Position numbers and translations under genes: made by a program. A DNA stretch of 64,000 nt from Candidatus Latescibacterota bacterium. Its GTDB lineage: Bacteria > Latescibacterota > UBA2968 > UBA8231. The notes beneath the pieces are model-generated. The model was given only the letters and a program-made list of their open reading frames with translations, searched no databases and was not told where the DNA came from. This document shows, piece after piece, positions 1 to 9,801 of this stretch (position 1 is the stretch's first letter; the number at the start of each line of letters is the position of its first letter). The stretch lies in the NCBI GenBank assembly GCA_965208105.1, contig OZ242318.1:1632001-1696000 (forward strand). Reading direction: 5' to 3'.

Positions 1-1
1 G

Positions 2-367
2 ATACCCGCCCAGGGTGCCCATGAGCCGGCCGCTGCCGACCTGCCACAGGCGGATTTCTCCGCGGCCGCCCGAGGCCAGGGTCCTGCTGTCGGGAGCGAA
101 GGCCACCGAGCGCACGAATCCGCTGTCGAGGTGGTCTCCGAGCAGGCCGGTGCGGAGATTGTAGAGCCAGATGCCGATGCTGCTCGGCACCGCCAACCAT
201 GCGCCGTTGGGTGCGTATTCGATGTCACCGGAGAGCAGGCCCTCGCCGAAGCGGTCGCGGACCCCTTCAGGCAGCAGCAGGCGGGTATATCCCTTGGCAA
301 GGACATCCTGCACTGGAACCGCCAGGAGCAACGGGGTGATGAGGTTGAGCAACCGGAAACTTTTCAT
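2..367 (-). CDS. WD40-repeat exported protein, 5' part (runs off the window start)
   Basis: Not in the ORF track. Manual translation from ATG 367: MKSFRLLNLITPLLLAVPVQDVLAKGYTRLLLPEGVRDRFGEG...IEYAPNGAWLAVPSSIGIWLYN...VRSVAFAPDSRTLASGGRGEIRLWQV. Signal peptide plus WD40 blade signature (V.SVAF.PD..TLASGG...IRLW). Confidence 0.85.
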   Translation of the reverse strand, partial: MKSFRLLNLITPLLLAVPVQDVLAKGYTRLLLPEGVRDRFGEGLLSGDIEYAPNGAWLAVPSSIGIWLYNLRTGLLGDHLDSGFVRSVAFAPDSRTLASGGRGEIRLWQVGSGRLMGTLGGY

Positions 368-447
368 CCGGGGACTTTCACCAGGCCTGACAGGAACCAC
401 GGGTCAACGAAGACATGGAGTATTAAAATAACGGAAAAATACATGAT

Positions 448-3400
448 TCAGTATACATAGCGCATGCCAACCTGTAGCTGGCGTGGATTGCCCAGGCCGG
501 ACTGCACGGTTCCGTCGAAATTGAACAGCAGGCCCGAGGTGGAGGGGTCGCGGAAGTTGTCGGCGTCGAGCAGGTTGAAGACCTCGACGATGGCCTCCAG
601 GCGGCCGCCGCCAACGGGGATGGGTCGGGACAGGCGAATGTCCCAGGAGAAGAACCCCTTCTCCTTCCGCAGGGTGTTGCGCGCGAGGATGCTGCCGTCG
701 CCGCATATGCGATCGGACGCGGCGCCCCAAGGGACTACCGCGGGCTGCCCCGAGCCCCGGTTGCCCTCGCCGCATGATTCGGAGACCGGCTGCGCCGAGT
801 AGTAGCTCATGCGCTGGTTGAGGAAGAGCCCGGAGGGCAGCGCCGTCAGTGCCCAGGCGTTGAGACGGTGGCGCTGGTCGCGGTCCGAGTAACCCCACTC
901 GCGCTCCAGGCGGGCGGCATCGACGTAGCGGTAGGTGAAGGGGTCGCGCTCGTTGTCGTCGTCGGATTTGTCCCACGACAGGGTATAGTTGACCTGGAAC
1001 TGCAGCTCCTCTCCCATCATCTGCCGCAAGCCGAAGCCGAGGCCGTGGTAACGCGACTCTGCCGTGCTTTCGACCACGGTCAGGTCGCCGATGCCGTTGC
1101 CGCCGTCGGCTCCCAGGCCGGTCGCCCATGGAGAGCCGAAGACGGGATCGTTGCGGTTGACGAAGCGCGTCAGCTCATCGGTGCGGGAGTAGGTGTAGCC
1201 CAGGGAGCCGACCAACCCCGATGGATGCAGCTCCCGCTCGATGCCCGCATTCAGACTGAAAGTCCGCGGGTTCCGGAAATCCCGATCGAAGACGAAGACG
1301 TTGGGACGGAAGGGATCCCCTTCGGGAGAGGGCAGCAGTTCACCGTAGGTCGGCGGCGGCCCGAGAACGGGGGTCAGGGCGCTGGAGCGGAACATCGATT
1401 GGCCGCGAGAGCCGTTGGTCGAACGCGTGCTTGCCAGGTTGAGTCCGGGAACGCGGGCGTAGTACAAACCGGCGCTGACGCGCAACAAGGTCGTTTTGTC
1501 GCCGCGCAGATCGTAGGCAACCCCCAGACGCGGCTGGAACATGGTCCAGTCCGAGGGGATCCTGCCGTTGGAGGGGAACCGGTAGGTCCCGCTCTCGTTG
1601 GTCACTTCCCTGCCGATGAAACCGGCGAAGAACACCTGGCCGGGAGGAGTGATCGGATCGGGCTGAATCTGCGCTTCCCATCGCAGGCCGTAGTTGAGGG
1701 TGAGCCTGGGCGAGAGCTTCCAGCTGTCCTGTACGAAAAGGGCCAGCTCGTGCTGCCGGATCTTCTGGGTGCCGGCCTCCTCCACGGTCAGGCCGCCGGC
1801 CCCGGACTGCTGCAAATAGATCAGCACCGGCCCGGTGATTCCGGTTCCCTCGGGGCAGGCCCCGGTGGTGCTGGCGCCGCCGCCGGAGCACTCGACGTAG
1901 CCGTTGCCCTGCTCGACGAAGTTGAGAAAGCCGTCCACCGAGCTGAAGATGTAGCGGCCGTTGGCGAAACCGATGAAGGTCTGCACCGATTCGACCCGGT
2001 TCCATTCGACGCCGGCCTTGATCAGGTGGTCCCCCCTGGCGAGGGAGATGTTGTCGAGCACCTGGATGCGGGTGTCGTAGTAATCGACCGGAATGAAGAA
2101 GGGCATCCCGAAGCGATAGCCATGGAGGAAATCCATGGCGGTGTCGGGGAAGGGCCGGCCGCTGGCGGGGTTGAGAGGCCCCCGGTAGTGCCGGGGGCGT
2201 TCCTCGCGGGAAACCTGGAAGCGCAGCTCGTTGGCCGCCGTGGAAGAGAGCTCCGACAGCACACTGCCGTTGAAGGCGTGGGACCAGTCCCACTCCACGG
2301 CGTTGGCGCTGCGGGCCCAGGAATCCACGTCGAAAGTCCCGTTTTCCTGCTCCGACCAGGTGTAGTTGTACTTCAAGGTGAGGTAGTGCTCCCCGGCGAG
2401 GCGGGTATCGATCCTGGCCAGGAAGGCGCGGGCGTCGTCGCTGCGCTCGATGGGTCCGTAGTCGCCGGCCAGGGCTCCTTCGAACTGCCCGTCCATGAAG
2501 GCGCGCAGGCGGGCGTCGATGCGTTCTTTGTCCTCCTGCCTGGTATCTCTCAGAACCTGCTGATCATAGGCGGTGAAGAAAAAGGCCCTGTCCTTCACCA
2601 GGGGGCCGCCCAGGGTGAAGCCGAACTGTCCCTGGCTGAAATCCGCATTGCGCTTCAGCTCATCGTGCCGGGCTTGGGCGGAAAAGGCGTCGTTCTTGGC
2701 GAAAAAATGCAGCGAGCCGGCTACTCGATTGGTGCCCGACTTGGTGATGACGTTGACGAAGCCGCCGCCGGAGCGTCCGAACTCGGCGTTGGCCCCCTGG
2801 GGCACCACCACCATCTCCTCGACCGCGTCGAGATTGAAGGTGAAGGCCGGCCGCTGGCCACCGCGCTGCTCTCCGAAGAAGGGATTGTTGAAATCGGCGC
2901 CGTCCACCGAGATGTTGTTGTGAATGCCGCGCTGACCGGCGATGCTCAACTCGTCCCCGTCGGGGCCCTGGACGATGGCCACTCCGGGGGTCAGCAGGGC
3001 CAGGTTGAGGAAGTTGCGCCCATTGTTGGGGAGATCGCGCACCGCCTCTTCCGGCAGGCGGGTGGCCGCCTCGCTCTGGGTTACATCCACCGCAGGCATG
3101 GCTGCAGCCACCACCATCTCCTCCATCTGGGGCACCATTTCAACCACCAGCTCCACCGTCTCGCCGACCCGCACCTGGATCCCGGTTTTCCGCACCTCTG
3201 CCCGTCCTCCGGCCTGGACCGCCACCTCGTAGAATCCGAGGGGCAGCAGGGTCGCGGTGAACCGTCCGGAAGAGGACGCGCTCAGGGTGCGCCGGTAGTT
3301 GGTCCGGGTCTCCCTGAGCTCGACGGAGGCGTTGGCGACAGGATTGCCGAACTGGTCGCGGACAAGTCCGCGGACGACCCCGGTGGTGGCCTGTGACTGG

Positions 3401-3477
3401 GCCCAAGACATGTCGACCGGGAAGGCCCAGAGGAGAAGGTAAAGGATATAGACCAGGCCAATTCGGTGGGTGGGCAT
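448..3477 (-). CDS. TonB-dependent receptor (Oar-like) with N-terminal carboxypeptidase-regulatory-like domain
   Basis: 1009 aa with signal peptide; G.V.DQ.G..VANASV N-domain; LPNNGRNFLNLALLTPGV; AEFGRSGGGFVNVITKSGTN plug motif; QDSWKLSPRLTLNYGLRWE; C-terminal PRQLQVGMRYVY beta-signal. Confidence 0.93.
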   Translation of the reverse strand: MPTHRIGLVYILYLLLWAFPVDMSWAQSQATTGVVRGLVRDQFGNPVANASVELRETRTNYRRTLSASSSGRFTATLLPLGFYEVAVQAGGRAEVRKTGIQVRVGETVELVVEMVPQMEEMVVAAAMPAVDVTQSEAATRLPEEAVRDLPNNGRNFLNLALLTPGVAIVQGPDGDELSIAGQRGIHNNISVDGADFNNPFFGEQRGGQRPAFTFNLDAVEEMVVVPQGANAEFGRSGGGFVNVITKSGTNRVAGSLHFFAKNDAFSAQARHDELKRNADFSQGQFGFTLGGPLVKDRAFFFTAYDQQVLRDTRQEDKERIDARLRAFMDGQFEGALAGDYGPIERSDDARAFLARIDTRLAGEHYLTLKYNYTWSEQENGTFDVDSWARSANAVEWDWSHAFNGSVLSELSSTAANELRFQVSREERPRHYRGPLNPASGRPFPDTAMDFLHGYRFGMPFFIPVDYYDTRIQVLDNISLARGDHLIKAGVEWNRVESVQTFIGFANGRYIFSSVDGFLNFVEQGNGYVECSGGGASTTGACPEGTGITGPVLIYLQQSGAGGLTVEEAGTQKIRQHELALFVQDSWKLSPRLTLNYGLRWEAQIQPDPITPPGQVFFAGFIGREVTNESGTYRFPSNGRIPSDWTMFQPRLGVAYDLRGDKTTLLRVSAGLYYARVPGLNLASTRSTNGSRGQSMFRSSALTPVLGPPPTYGELLPSPEGDPFRPNVFVFDRDFRNPRTFSLNAGIERELHPSGLVGSLGYTYSRTDELTRFVNRNDPVFGSPWATGLGADGGNGIGDLTVVESTAESRYHGLGFGLRQMMGEELQFQVNYTLSWDKSDDDNERDPFTYRYVDAARLEREWGYSDRDQRHRLNAWALTALPSGLFLNQRMSYYSAQPVSESCGEGNRGSGQPAVVPWGAASDRICGDGSILARNTLRKEKGFFSWDIRLSRPIPVGGGRLEAIVEVFNLLDADNFRDPSTSGLLFNFDGTVQSGLGNPRQLQVGMRYVY

Positions 3478-3548
3478 AAGCTATCTCATCCGGCAGGGTG
3501 ATGGGAGAAAGAAGCTGAGAGGCCAGGCACCGGCTTCCCAGGATGGCT

Positions 3549-3920
3549 TCATCGATGCGGAACAGGCGTTCCCTGGTGGAACCTGAGCTGCCAGCCGTGT
3601 TCCGCTCGAGACCAGATCGAGCTGCGGTTCCCCAGCTCTTCGACTCCGTCGCAAGTCAGGCAACTTATGTAGGTCACCAAGGCTACATCGGGGCTGAGCA
3701 GGCGCGCCCGGAAGTTCGTCAGTGGCAGTCTTGCGGCAATGGTCTGGCTTTCGATCCCCAGGGTGTCTTCCCGGCTGTAGACGCGTCCCGACCTGCCGAA
3801 CTCGAGGAAGTCGGGTGCCAGCGTCCGCTCCATCCAGTCCATGTCGAAGCGGGTTTCTGATTTCCACAGCCCTTCTTCCAGTCGCTCCAGTTGCTTCTGA
3901 TCCGCGCTGCCGAGTTCCAT
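3549..3920 (-). CDS. DUF4440 / NTF2-like (SnoaL-like) protein
   Basis: LAPDFLEFGRSGRVYSR...RSSIW...WQLRFHQGT, typical of DUF4440. Start set at ATG 3920, downstream of GGAGG. Confidence 0.85.
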   Translation of the reverse strand: MELGSADQKQLERLEEGLWKSETRFDMDWMERTLAPDFLEFGRSGRVYSREDTLGIESQTIAARLPLTNFRARLLSPDVALVTYISCLTCDGVEELGNRSSIWSRAEHGWQLRFHQGTPVPHR

Positions 3921-4032
3921 GGGTTTTAGCGTTCCTCCAGCCAAATGCCGCTGCTGAGCCTGAACGCCGGCTGGTATCGAGGCGGCTGATTGGAAATTCA
4001 GGATGCAGATTGTTGCAGATCAGGAGGAGGGG

Positions 4033-4881
4033 TCACTGCACCACCGCATCTTCACCCAGGTGCTCTCGAATCCACTCTCTCAGCGGCACGTCTTCTTCCC
4101 TGGGAGAGGTGTAGCCATGCCAGCCGCTGGGGCTCGCTCCAAGCAGCTGCTGTCGGATCGGGTCGCAACGGTCCATAAGGTGCTCCACCGTCATGTCGTC
4201 CCGCGGCCGCAGCCAGCGGTAGCTGTAGCCGTAGAACAGCACCTTGCGCGCGTCCGGCGAAAAGTTGTGGCCGGCCGCGTGCCAGATCCGCCGGTCGAAG
4301 AATACCGCGTCTCCCGGCACCACCTGGACCGGCACGGCGCCCGCCGGGTCCTGGTCCTCGTCCACCGGCATCTCAATCTCGTTCTTCAGGTGCGAGCCTG
4401 GTAGGACATGGAAGTTGCCGCGGTGGGTCTCGGAGCAGTCGGTAAGAAAGTATGCCACCTTGAGCGAGACCCTCGGCCTGGGGAGGGTCTCAAGGTCGAG
4501 GTTGAGCCGGCCGCTGTCCTGGTGCCATCCCAATCGTTTGCGTTCGGGCACGGCCCCGTCCAGGGGCGGAGTGACCATCATGTGCGAGTGATAAAGCTGG
4601 ATGTGCCAGCCCAGAATCCCGAAGACCTTGGCGAAGGTCTTGGGCCAGTCGAGCAACTCCAGGAACAGTTCGTCCTTGCCGACGAAGTCGAACAGATTGT
4701 GCTTCTGGTGCTTTTCCAGGCCCAGTTGCGACCGGCTCTCGGCGTCGAGGCGATCGACCACGGGGATGAGCTCGTTTACCAGGTCAAGGGGCAGCACATC
4801 GCGGACGATGAAGAAACCGTCCTCGGCAAACTGGCGGCTCTCCTCCTCGGTCAAGGCGTACTGCAGGCAGGTGGAATCCAT
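4033..4881 (-). CDS. Phytanoyl-CoA dioxygenase (PhyH) family 2OG-Fe(II) oxygenase
   Basis: F.EDGFFIVRDVL, WHQD (HxD), LPGSH, GDAVFFDRRIWHAAG; GGAGG RBS. Confidence 0.92.
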   Translation of the reverse strand: MDSTCLQYALTEEESRQFAEDGFFIVRDVLPLDLVNELIPVVDRLDAESRSQLGLEKHQKHNLFDFVGKDELFLELLDWPKTFAKVFGILGWHIQLYHSHMMVTPPLDGAVPERKRLGWHQDSGRLNLDLETLPRPRVSLKVAYFLTDCSETHRGNFHVLPGSHLKNEIEMPVDEDQDPAGAVPVQVVPGDAVFFDRRIWHAAGHNFSPDARKVLFYGYSYRWLRPRDDMTVEHLMDRCDPIRQQLLGASPSGWHGYTSPREEDVPLREWIREHLGEDAVVQ

Positions 4882-5053
4882 GCAAAACCTCCAACAAGGT
4901 CAGGTAGAACAAGGAACCTTATCGAGCATTCTGTCAAGGCGGTGGCCGCTCTCCGATGGCGCAGCCGTAAGCAATTCACCTGCTGATAGCTCCAATCTAC
5001 CTGGAGTTGTTGTAGAGCAAGTCCGGCAGTAGTTGCCAATTCAGTCTAGGCCA

Positions 5054-5851
5054 TTAGAAAAAGGTCTCGGAGTTGTGGACGGGGTCATAGCCGACCTCCC
5101 GCCGCGGTGTTTCGATGTCGAAGATGTTATAGGTGTTGTCCGAGATCACAAAGTAATGGGCGCCGCTGGGCAGGTTGCCGGCGCAATGGCTCTGGAAGCA
5201 GGCATGGACCATGCGGGCAGCGTCCTCCTGGTGGCACCACACCGCGAAGTAGCCAGGCTCCGGCAAATGGAGGTCGTTGCGTGGGTTGACCCCGCCCCAG
5301 CGCATGGCGATCGCACTGTGGCCTCGGGCGGCCGCCTTTTTCACCCACTCCTCCACGTAGGCCTTTTCGCGCCCATAGTCGTTGACCGGGTGCGCCGGCT
5401 CCCTTGCGGAAATCCGGGGCGGCCAATGAACTATCTGGTCGAATCTGCGCTCGGCCAGGGTCCGGTAGAAGCCCTCCTGGTTAAAGTCGTACAGGCCGTC
5501 CATGGCGTGGACCGAGCTGGAGCCAATGATCATCGGCGGAATCTTCTGGGCGAGGACCGCTTCGAATACGAGGTCGGCCATCCGGTTCATCTCCGCCAGG
5601 CCGCCGGCGCGGGCAAGGTAAACGACCAGGTCGCGGCCGGGAAGCAGGGCGCGGAACTCCTCCGGGGATGCCGTGATGTCGAGGTCGATGAAATCCTTTT
5701 GGGCGTCCGGCTCCGTCGCCTTGTCAGGGGCGCCGGGCAAATCAACCGAAACGATGCGGTAGCGTCTGTCCAGCCGCGGCAGATAGGTCCGCAGCCCCGA
5801 TCCGATTATGCCGCGGCCGCCGATGAGCAAAACGTTGAATTGGGATGGCAT
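5054..5851 (-). CDS. NAD-dependent epimerase/dehydratase (uronate-dehydrogenase-like SDR)
   Basis: GGRGIIG Rossmann motif, SSS, YGREK (YxxxK), C-terminal ISDN...FDI...R.E.GY.P. Confidence 0.8.
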   Translation of the reverse strand: MPSQFNVLLIGGRGIIGSGLRTYLPRLDRRYRIVSVDLPGAPDKATEPDAQKDFIDLDITASPEEFRALLPGRDLVVYLARAGGLAEMNRMADLVFEAVLAQKIPPMIIGSSSVHAMDGLYDFNQEGFYRTLAERRFDQIVHWPPRISAREPAHPVNDYGREKAYVEEWVKKAAARGHSAIAMRWGGVNPRNDLHLPEPGYFAVWCHQEDAARMVHACFQSHCAGNLPSGAHYFVISDNTYNIFDIETPRREVGYDPVHNSETFF

Positions 5852-5878
5852 AAGCTCTCTCCTGCTAGCTTCTTCTTC

Positions 5879-7387
5879 CTACATTGCCGTCGAGAACATT
5901 TGAGCCCGCGCCAACTGGAACCGCAGCGAGAGGTTCCGGCCCTCGAGCGCCGACAGGTCGCTCCTGCCTCGCCAGGTCACCGTTCCGGCGACGTGGTCCC
6001 CTTCCAGCACGTCGCAGTCTTCCACCCCGAAACCTTCGATCTCCTCCAGCGGCGAAGCTGGTGTGGTCGGCCGGTGCGCCAGCCCCACCTTGATCCAGCC
6101 GCCCTGCTGGGTGCGGAAGTTGAGCCGCAGTTCCACCCCCCTGCAGAGGCGCTCCACGGTGGAGAAGCGCCCTTCGGTGGCGACCTCGAGCGCGACCAGG
6201 CGATCCGGCTGCCACAATGCCCAGCGGTACTCGCTCATGGGTTTTTCGGCGGTTGACAGGAAGGCGCCCCCGCCGTCGTGGCGCTGGAAATGACACAGCA
6301 CCGGAAGCCCCCATTCGTCGCCGACAGGGACCAGATTGGGGCTGGCGTAGAGGGCGCCGTACTCCTCGCCGTGGATCTGGCGCCCGACCACGGGACGGCG
6401 CTCGGGCCGATTCCACAGCCAGCCGTCGCGGCTGCTGGCTATCTGGATGTCCAGGGTCGAGGAGAGGCGGTGATAGATGGTGGGAAACATCAGGTGGCGA
6501 CGGCTGCCCGGACAGCGGCAGTAGCAGGGTGTGTAGATGTCCTCGTCCGGGGCGTCGTGGGCATCGACGGTGAGCACCAGGCGGGTGGGATGCCAGTTGC
6601 CGAATTCGGCACCCCCGGTGCGCCGCACCGAGCGCCGGCGCTCCAGGTTGCCGCGCAGATAGGCCACGTACTCGCCGGTGTCCTCGTCGAAAGCCGCGAT
6701 GTTCTGGGTGTCGAGCTGGGTGTGCCCCGCGTCGTAGACCGGCTCTTCCAGCACTGTCCAGCGCAACCCGTCCGGGGACACGGCGCCGCGCAGAATGTGC
6801 CGAATATCGGCTTCCGCATCGATCTGCTCCGGGGTGTAGCCGTTGAGCTCCATGGCGCGGCGCACCTCGCGGATTTCCAGCTTGGTCTGGCGCTGGTTGG
6901 GCACGGGCTGGCCGTGCCGGTAGAGCTGGCCGCGGGACTCGATGGCCTTGTAGCGCGCTTCCGGCGCTGCGGTCGGATCGCGGAAGATGGAGTGGATGTC
7001 GAAGGTCCGGTGGTCCTGGATGATATTGTTGGCCGTCGATCCCTGGTACTCGTAGAGACCCAGATCGGGGAAGTCCCAGTTGAAGCCATCGGCACTCTCG
7101 GCGTAGCGGTTGAAGGAGCCCGATTCCTCCTGCGAGCTGCGCTGGTCGTACCACAGGCGCAGCCGGCCATCTTCGTGCAGCACCATCATGTGGCTCAGGT
7201 TGTTCTTATCCCAGGGGGGATCCGGCCGCATGAACACCTCGGACATGCGCGCCGGTTGCACCTTGAGGGCGATGCCCTGCGGCGGGTCCTGGAGCCAGGC
7301 TCGACCTTTCTCGTCGCGGCCGGCCTGCCCCGGCCAGATGCCGAACCAATCGAGGAACGGCTGAGGTACCAAAGACGTTGCGCTCAT
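5879..7387 (-). CDS. Beta-propeller glycoside-hydrolase-like protein (GH32/43/130 clan-like), unknown substrate
   Basis: YAESADGFNW, SPDGLRW and SRDGWLW Asp-box-like repeats; DTQN; conserved C-terminal W..RSDLS.L.G...LRF. Start at ATG 7387 with AAGGAG RBS; no signal peptide. Confidence 0.65.
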   Translation of the reverse strand: MSATSLVPQPFLDWFGIWPGQAGRDEKGRAWLQDPPQGIALKVQPARMSEVFMRPDPPWDKNNLSHMMVLHEDGRLRLWYDQRSSQEESGSFNRYAESADGFNWDFPDLGLYEYQGSTANNIIQDHRTFDIHSIFRDPTAAPEARYKAIESRGQLYRHGQPVPNQRQTKLEIREVRRAMELNGYTPEQIDAEADIRHILRGAVSPDGLRWTVLEEPVYDAGHTQLDTQNIAAFDEDTGEYVAYLRGNLERRRSVRRTGGAEFGNWHPTRLVLTVDAHDAPDEDIYTPCYCRCPGSRRHLMFPTIYHRLSSTLDIQIASSRDGWLWNRPERRPVVGRQIHGEEYGALYASPNLVPVGDEWGLPVLCHFQRHDGGGAFLSTAEKPMSEYRWALWQPDRLVALEVATEGRFSTVERLCRGVELRLNFRTQQGGWIKVGLAHRPTTPASPLEEIEGFGVEDCDVLEGDHVAGTVTWRGRSDLSALEGRNLSLRFQLARAQMFSTAM

Positions 7388-7480
7388 TTGGGGCTCCTTT
7401 TCAGCATGTGATGAGGTATCCACCAAACCGGGTCAACTTCATCCTGTACATTTACACCAATCTGGTCCCTTGACGAGAAA

Positions 7481-7539
7481 GAGTGAAAACCAACCACCTC
7501 ATGGGTGAAAATCACCCACGTCAAGGGTGATTTTCACCT
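7481..7539. promoter_or_regulatory. Three phased 15-bp operator-like sites (22-bp period)
   Basis: gagtgaaaaccaacc (7481), gggtgaaaatcaccc (7503), gggtgattttcacct (7525); core GGTGA-N3-TCACC. Confidence 0.5.
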
Positions 7540-7592
7540 GATGAGGTATAGAGCCCGCGGCCATGAGGCCATAAATCGCCGCAGCAACTGGG

Positions 7593-9491
7593 CTATTTTG
7601 GCCGGAGGCCGCTGCGCACCAGGGATTCCCAGCAGAGCAGTGGCGCTTCATCGAGCAGCGCCGCGACCGCCGCCTGCAGGTCCCCGGGGGCTTCGCCAGC
7701 GGGACCCAGATGGGCGAGACGGCTCAGGGCGTCCATTGCAAAGCCGACGCAGATGATGTTCTCGTCGCTGCGGACGACCTCCTCCAATGCTCGCACGGCC
7801 GGCTCCAGCGCGGACCCGGTAATCGCGGTGCCGTGGGAACAGAGGATGACCATGGACCACAGCGCGTTCTCGCGCACCGCCGAGCGCACCGGCTTGAAGC
7901 GCTCGAGGCCGAAATCGACGCCGCCGCCCTCGCACACGTCGCATTCATCGGTGGGACGCACGAACTTGATGCTCCGGCCTTGCGCCAGGTCCATTGCCGG
8001 CCGGTTCTCCTCGCGGCCCAGACTCTGCACCAGGGCTTGGAGGCAGGAGGGAATCAGCTCCCGGCCGGTCCCGGTGGCCAGCGCGCGGCGGCCGAGGCAG
8101 CCCAGGGTGCCGGCGGCGACGGCGCGGACATACACCGAGGGGTCCGCGCTCAGGCGTTTCACGACCGTCTGCAGAACCTCGTCGTCGAGGGGACTGGCGT
8201 CTCCCAGGCCGTACACCCCCGCCTTGCGGACCCATTTGACCGCTGAATCAGCCGCCTCGAGAAAGGTTGCGGTGGCCTCCGGACCGACGGCAACCAGCCC
8301 ATAGGTGGCCGCCCGCCTCACACTCTCCCGCTCGTTGCGGAGGGCCTCGCCGAGCAGCCGCAGCGCCAGGACCGGATCGCCGATGGAGGCCAGCCTGTAG
8401 GCGGCGCCGACGCGGGCCGGCTCCGCCTCCTCGCCCTTGGCGAGCAGCCGGTTGAACAGGCGGCCGGCCTCGGCTTCCCGGTCCGCGGAGGACAGGGCGG
8501 CGGACTCGGGACGCGGTGGCGGCGTTCCCCCCGTCCGCATCCAGTGGTTGTGGTAGCGCCAGACCGCGGTGACGTCGCCGCCGGCGGCGGACCGGTCAAT
8601 GCTGGTCAGCGGGTCCTCCCCAAGCCCGTTCCAGTCCACCTCTTGGGGCGCTCCATCGCCGCCGCCGGGACCGGTGGTGCGATAGATCCAGAAGCGCCAC
8701 ATGAAGCGCGGGTTGTCCTCCCAGGTGCGCCAGTCGTCGCGGCGGTGGTTGCCTCGGTGAAACATGTTGTGGGAGTACAGCACGATGCTGCCGGCGCGCA
8801 GCGGGGCGGCTTCGAACGGCTGCACCAGCGGCCAGCCCAGGTCGGCGACCGCCTCCTGCATGCGCAGGTCGTGGGCGGTGCGGCGATGGACGACATCCCC
8901 GGTGTCGTAGGGGGAATCGGGGCCGCTGACCACCTGGCCTTCCATGCCGCTGATCTGGTAGCGGAAATCGAGGTGATCGGACCCGGCGAAGTTGTCGTGG
9001 TTCTCCTCGTGGTTGAAGGTCCAGTATTGCGAGTAGGGCAGGGTCGCCGTCGGGCCCATTTCCCCGCGCACCGCCTGGGGATAGTAGAGCATTTCGATCT
9101 GCACCGCCTGGTGGTGGCGCTGTTTGCGGCTGTTGTAGGGGCCGTTGTCGTCCTTGTGCCAGTGCTGGTCGCGGGCGCCGCTGGCGAAGGTGGCGTTGTG
9201 GGTGAAGGGCACGATGGCCCAGTTCTCCCCGGCCAGTTGATTGCAGGCGGCGACCACGCCGGGGGCGCTGATCACCTCGAGCACTTCCGCAACCAGCCCG
9301 GGTGTGACGAACTCGCCGGCCGCCACCGCCTGTTTTTCGCGCTGGTGGATGCGATCGTGGATCTCCGCCGGGATGCCCAGGCTTTCCGGAGGGAGGACGA
9401 CCATTCCGCGGCTGGCGAAATCCCGCACCAGGTGCTCGGGGGCGCTGTAGGCCAGCGGAGGCGAGGCGGAGGAGAGCTCATTGGCGTTCAT
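7593..9491 (-). CDS. PhyH-family dioxygenase fused to C-terminal HEAT repeats
   Basis: WHKD (HxD) and GSIVLYSHNMFHRG in the N-half; ESVRRAATYGL, KWVRKAGVYGLG, VYVRAVAAGTLG and SAVRENALWSM HEAT repeats in the C-half. Confidence 0.85.
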   Translation of the reverse strand: MNANELSSASPPLAYSAPEHLVRDFASRGMVVLPPESLGIPAEIHDRIHQREKQAVAAGEFVTPGLVAEVLEVISAPGVVAACNQLAGENWAIVPFTHNATFASGARDQHWHKDDNGPYNSRKQRHHQAVQIEMLYYPQAVRGEMGPTATLPYSQYWTFNHEENHDNFAGSDHLDFRYQISGMEGQVVSGPDSPYDTGDVVHRRTAHDLRMQEAVADLGWPLVQPFEAAPLRAGSIVLYSHNMFHRGNHRRDDWRTWEDNPRFMWRFWIYRTTGPGGGDGAPQEVDWNGLGEDPLTSIDRSAAGGDVTAVWRYHNHWMRTGGTPPPRPESAALSSADREAEAGRLFNRLLAKGEEAEPARVGAAYRLASIGDPVLALRLLGEALRNERESVRRAATYGLVAVGPEATATFLEAADSAVKWVRKAGVYGLGDASPLDDEVLQTVVKRLSADPSVYVRAVAAGTLGCLGRRALATGTGRELIPSCLQALVQSLGREENRPAMDLAQGRSIKFVRPTDECDVCEGGGVDFGLERFKPVRSAVRENALWSMVILCSHGTAITGSALEPAVRALEEVVRSDENIICVGFAMDALSRLAHLGPAGEAPGDLQAAVAALLDEAPLLCWESLVRSGLRPK

Positions 9492-9801
9492 GGCGGTTCA
9501 ATCTCCGTGCTGTTTCCGGCTCCGTTCATTTTGCCCTGGCATTATGTAGTCGAAAAAACTCGGAGTAACAACCCGGAACGAGCTTTCGGGATACCCCTTG
9601 CGCCAAGGTCCTGAACCAGGTCAATTGTTCCCCGGGCATATGAAATCCGGTTACCTCACTGACCGAATTAAGCTTAAATGAGTAAGTTTTCAAGTTTCGA
9701 ATCTCTAAAATTCATCCCGATTATTGTCCGGTTGATTAACTTCTGCACAGTTTATCGACGGCCATGCTCGTTTCCATCCTTGAAATAAGGTGACCAGGTT
9801 C

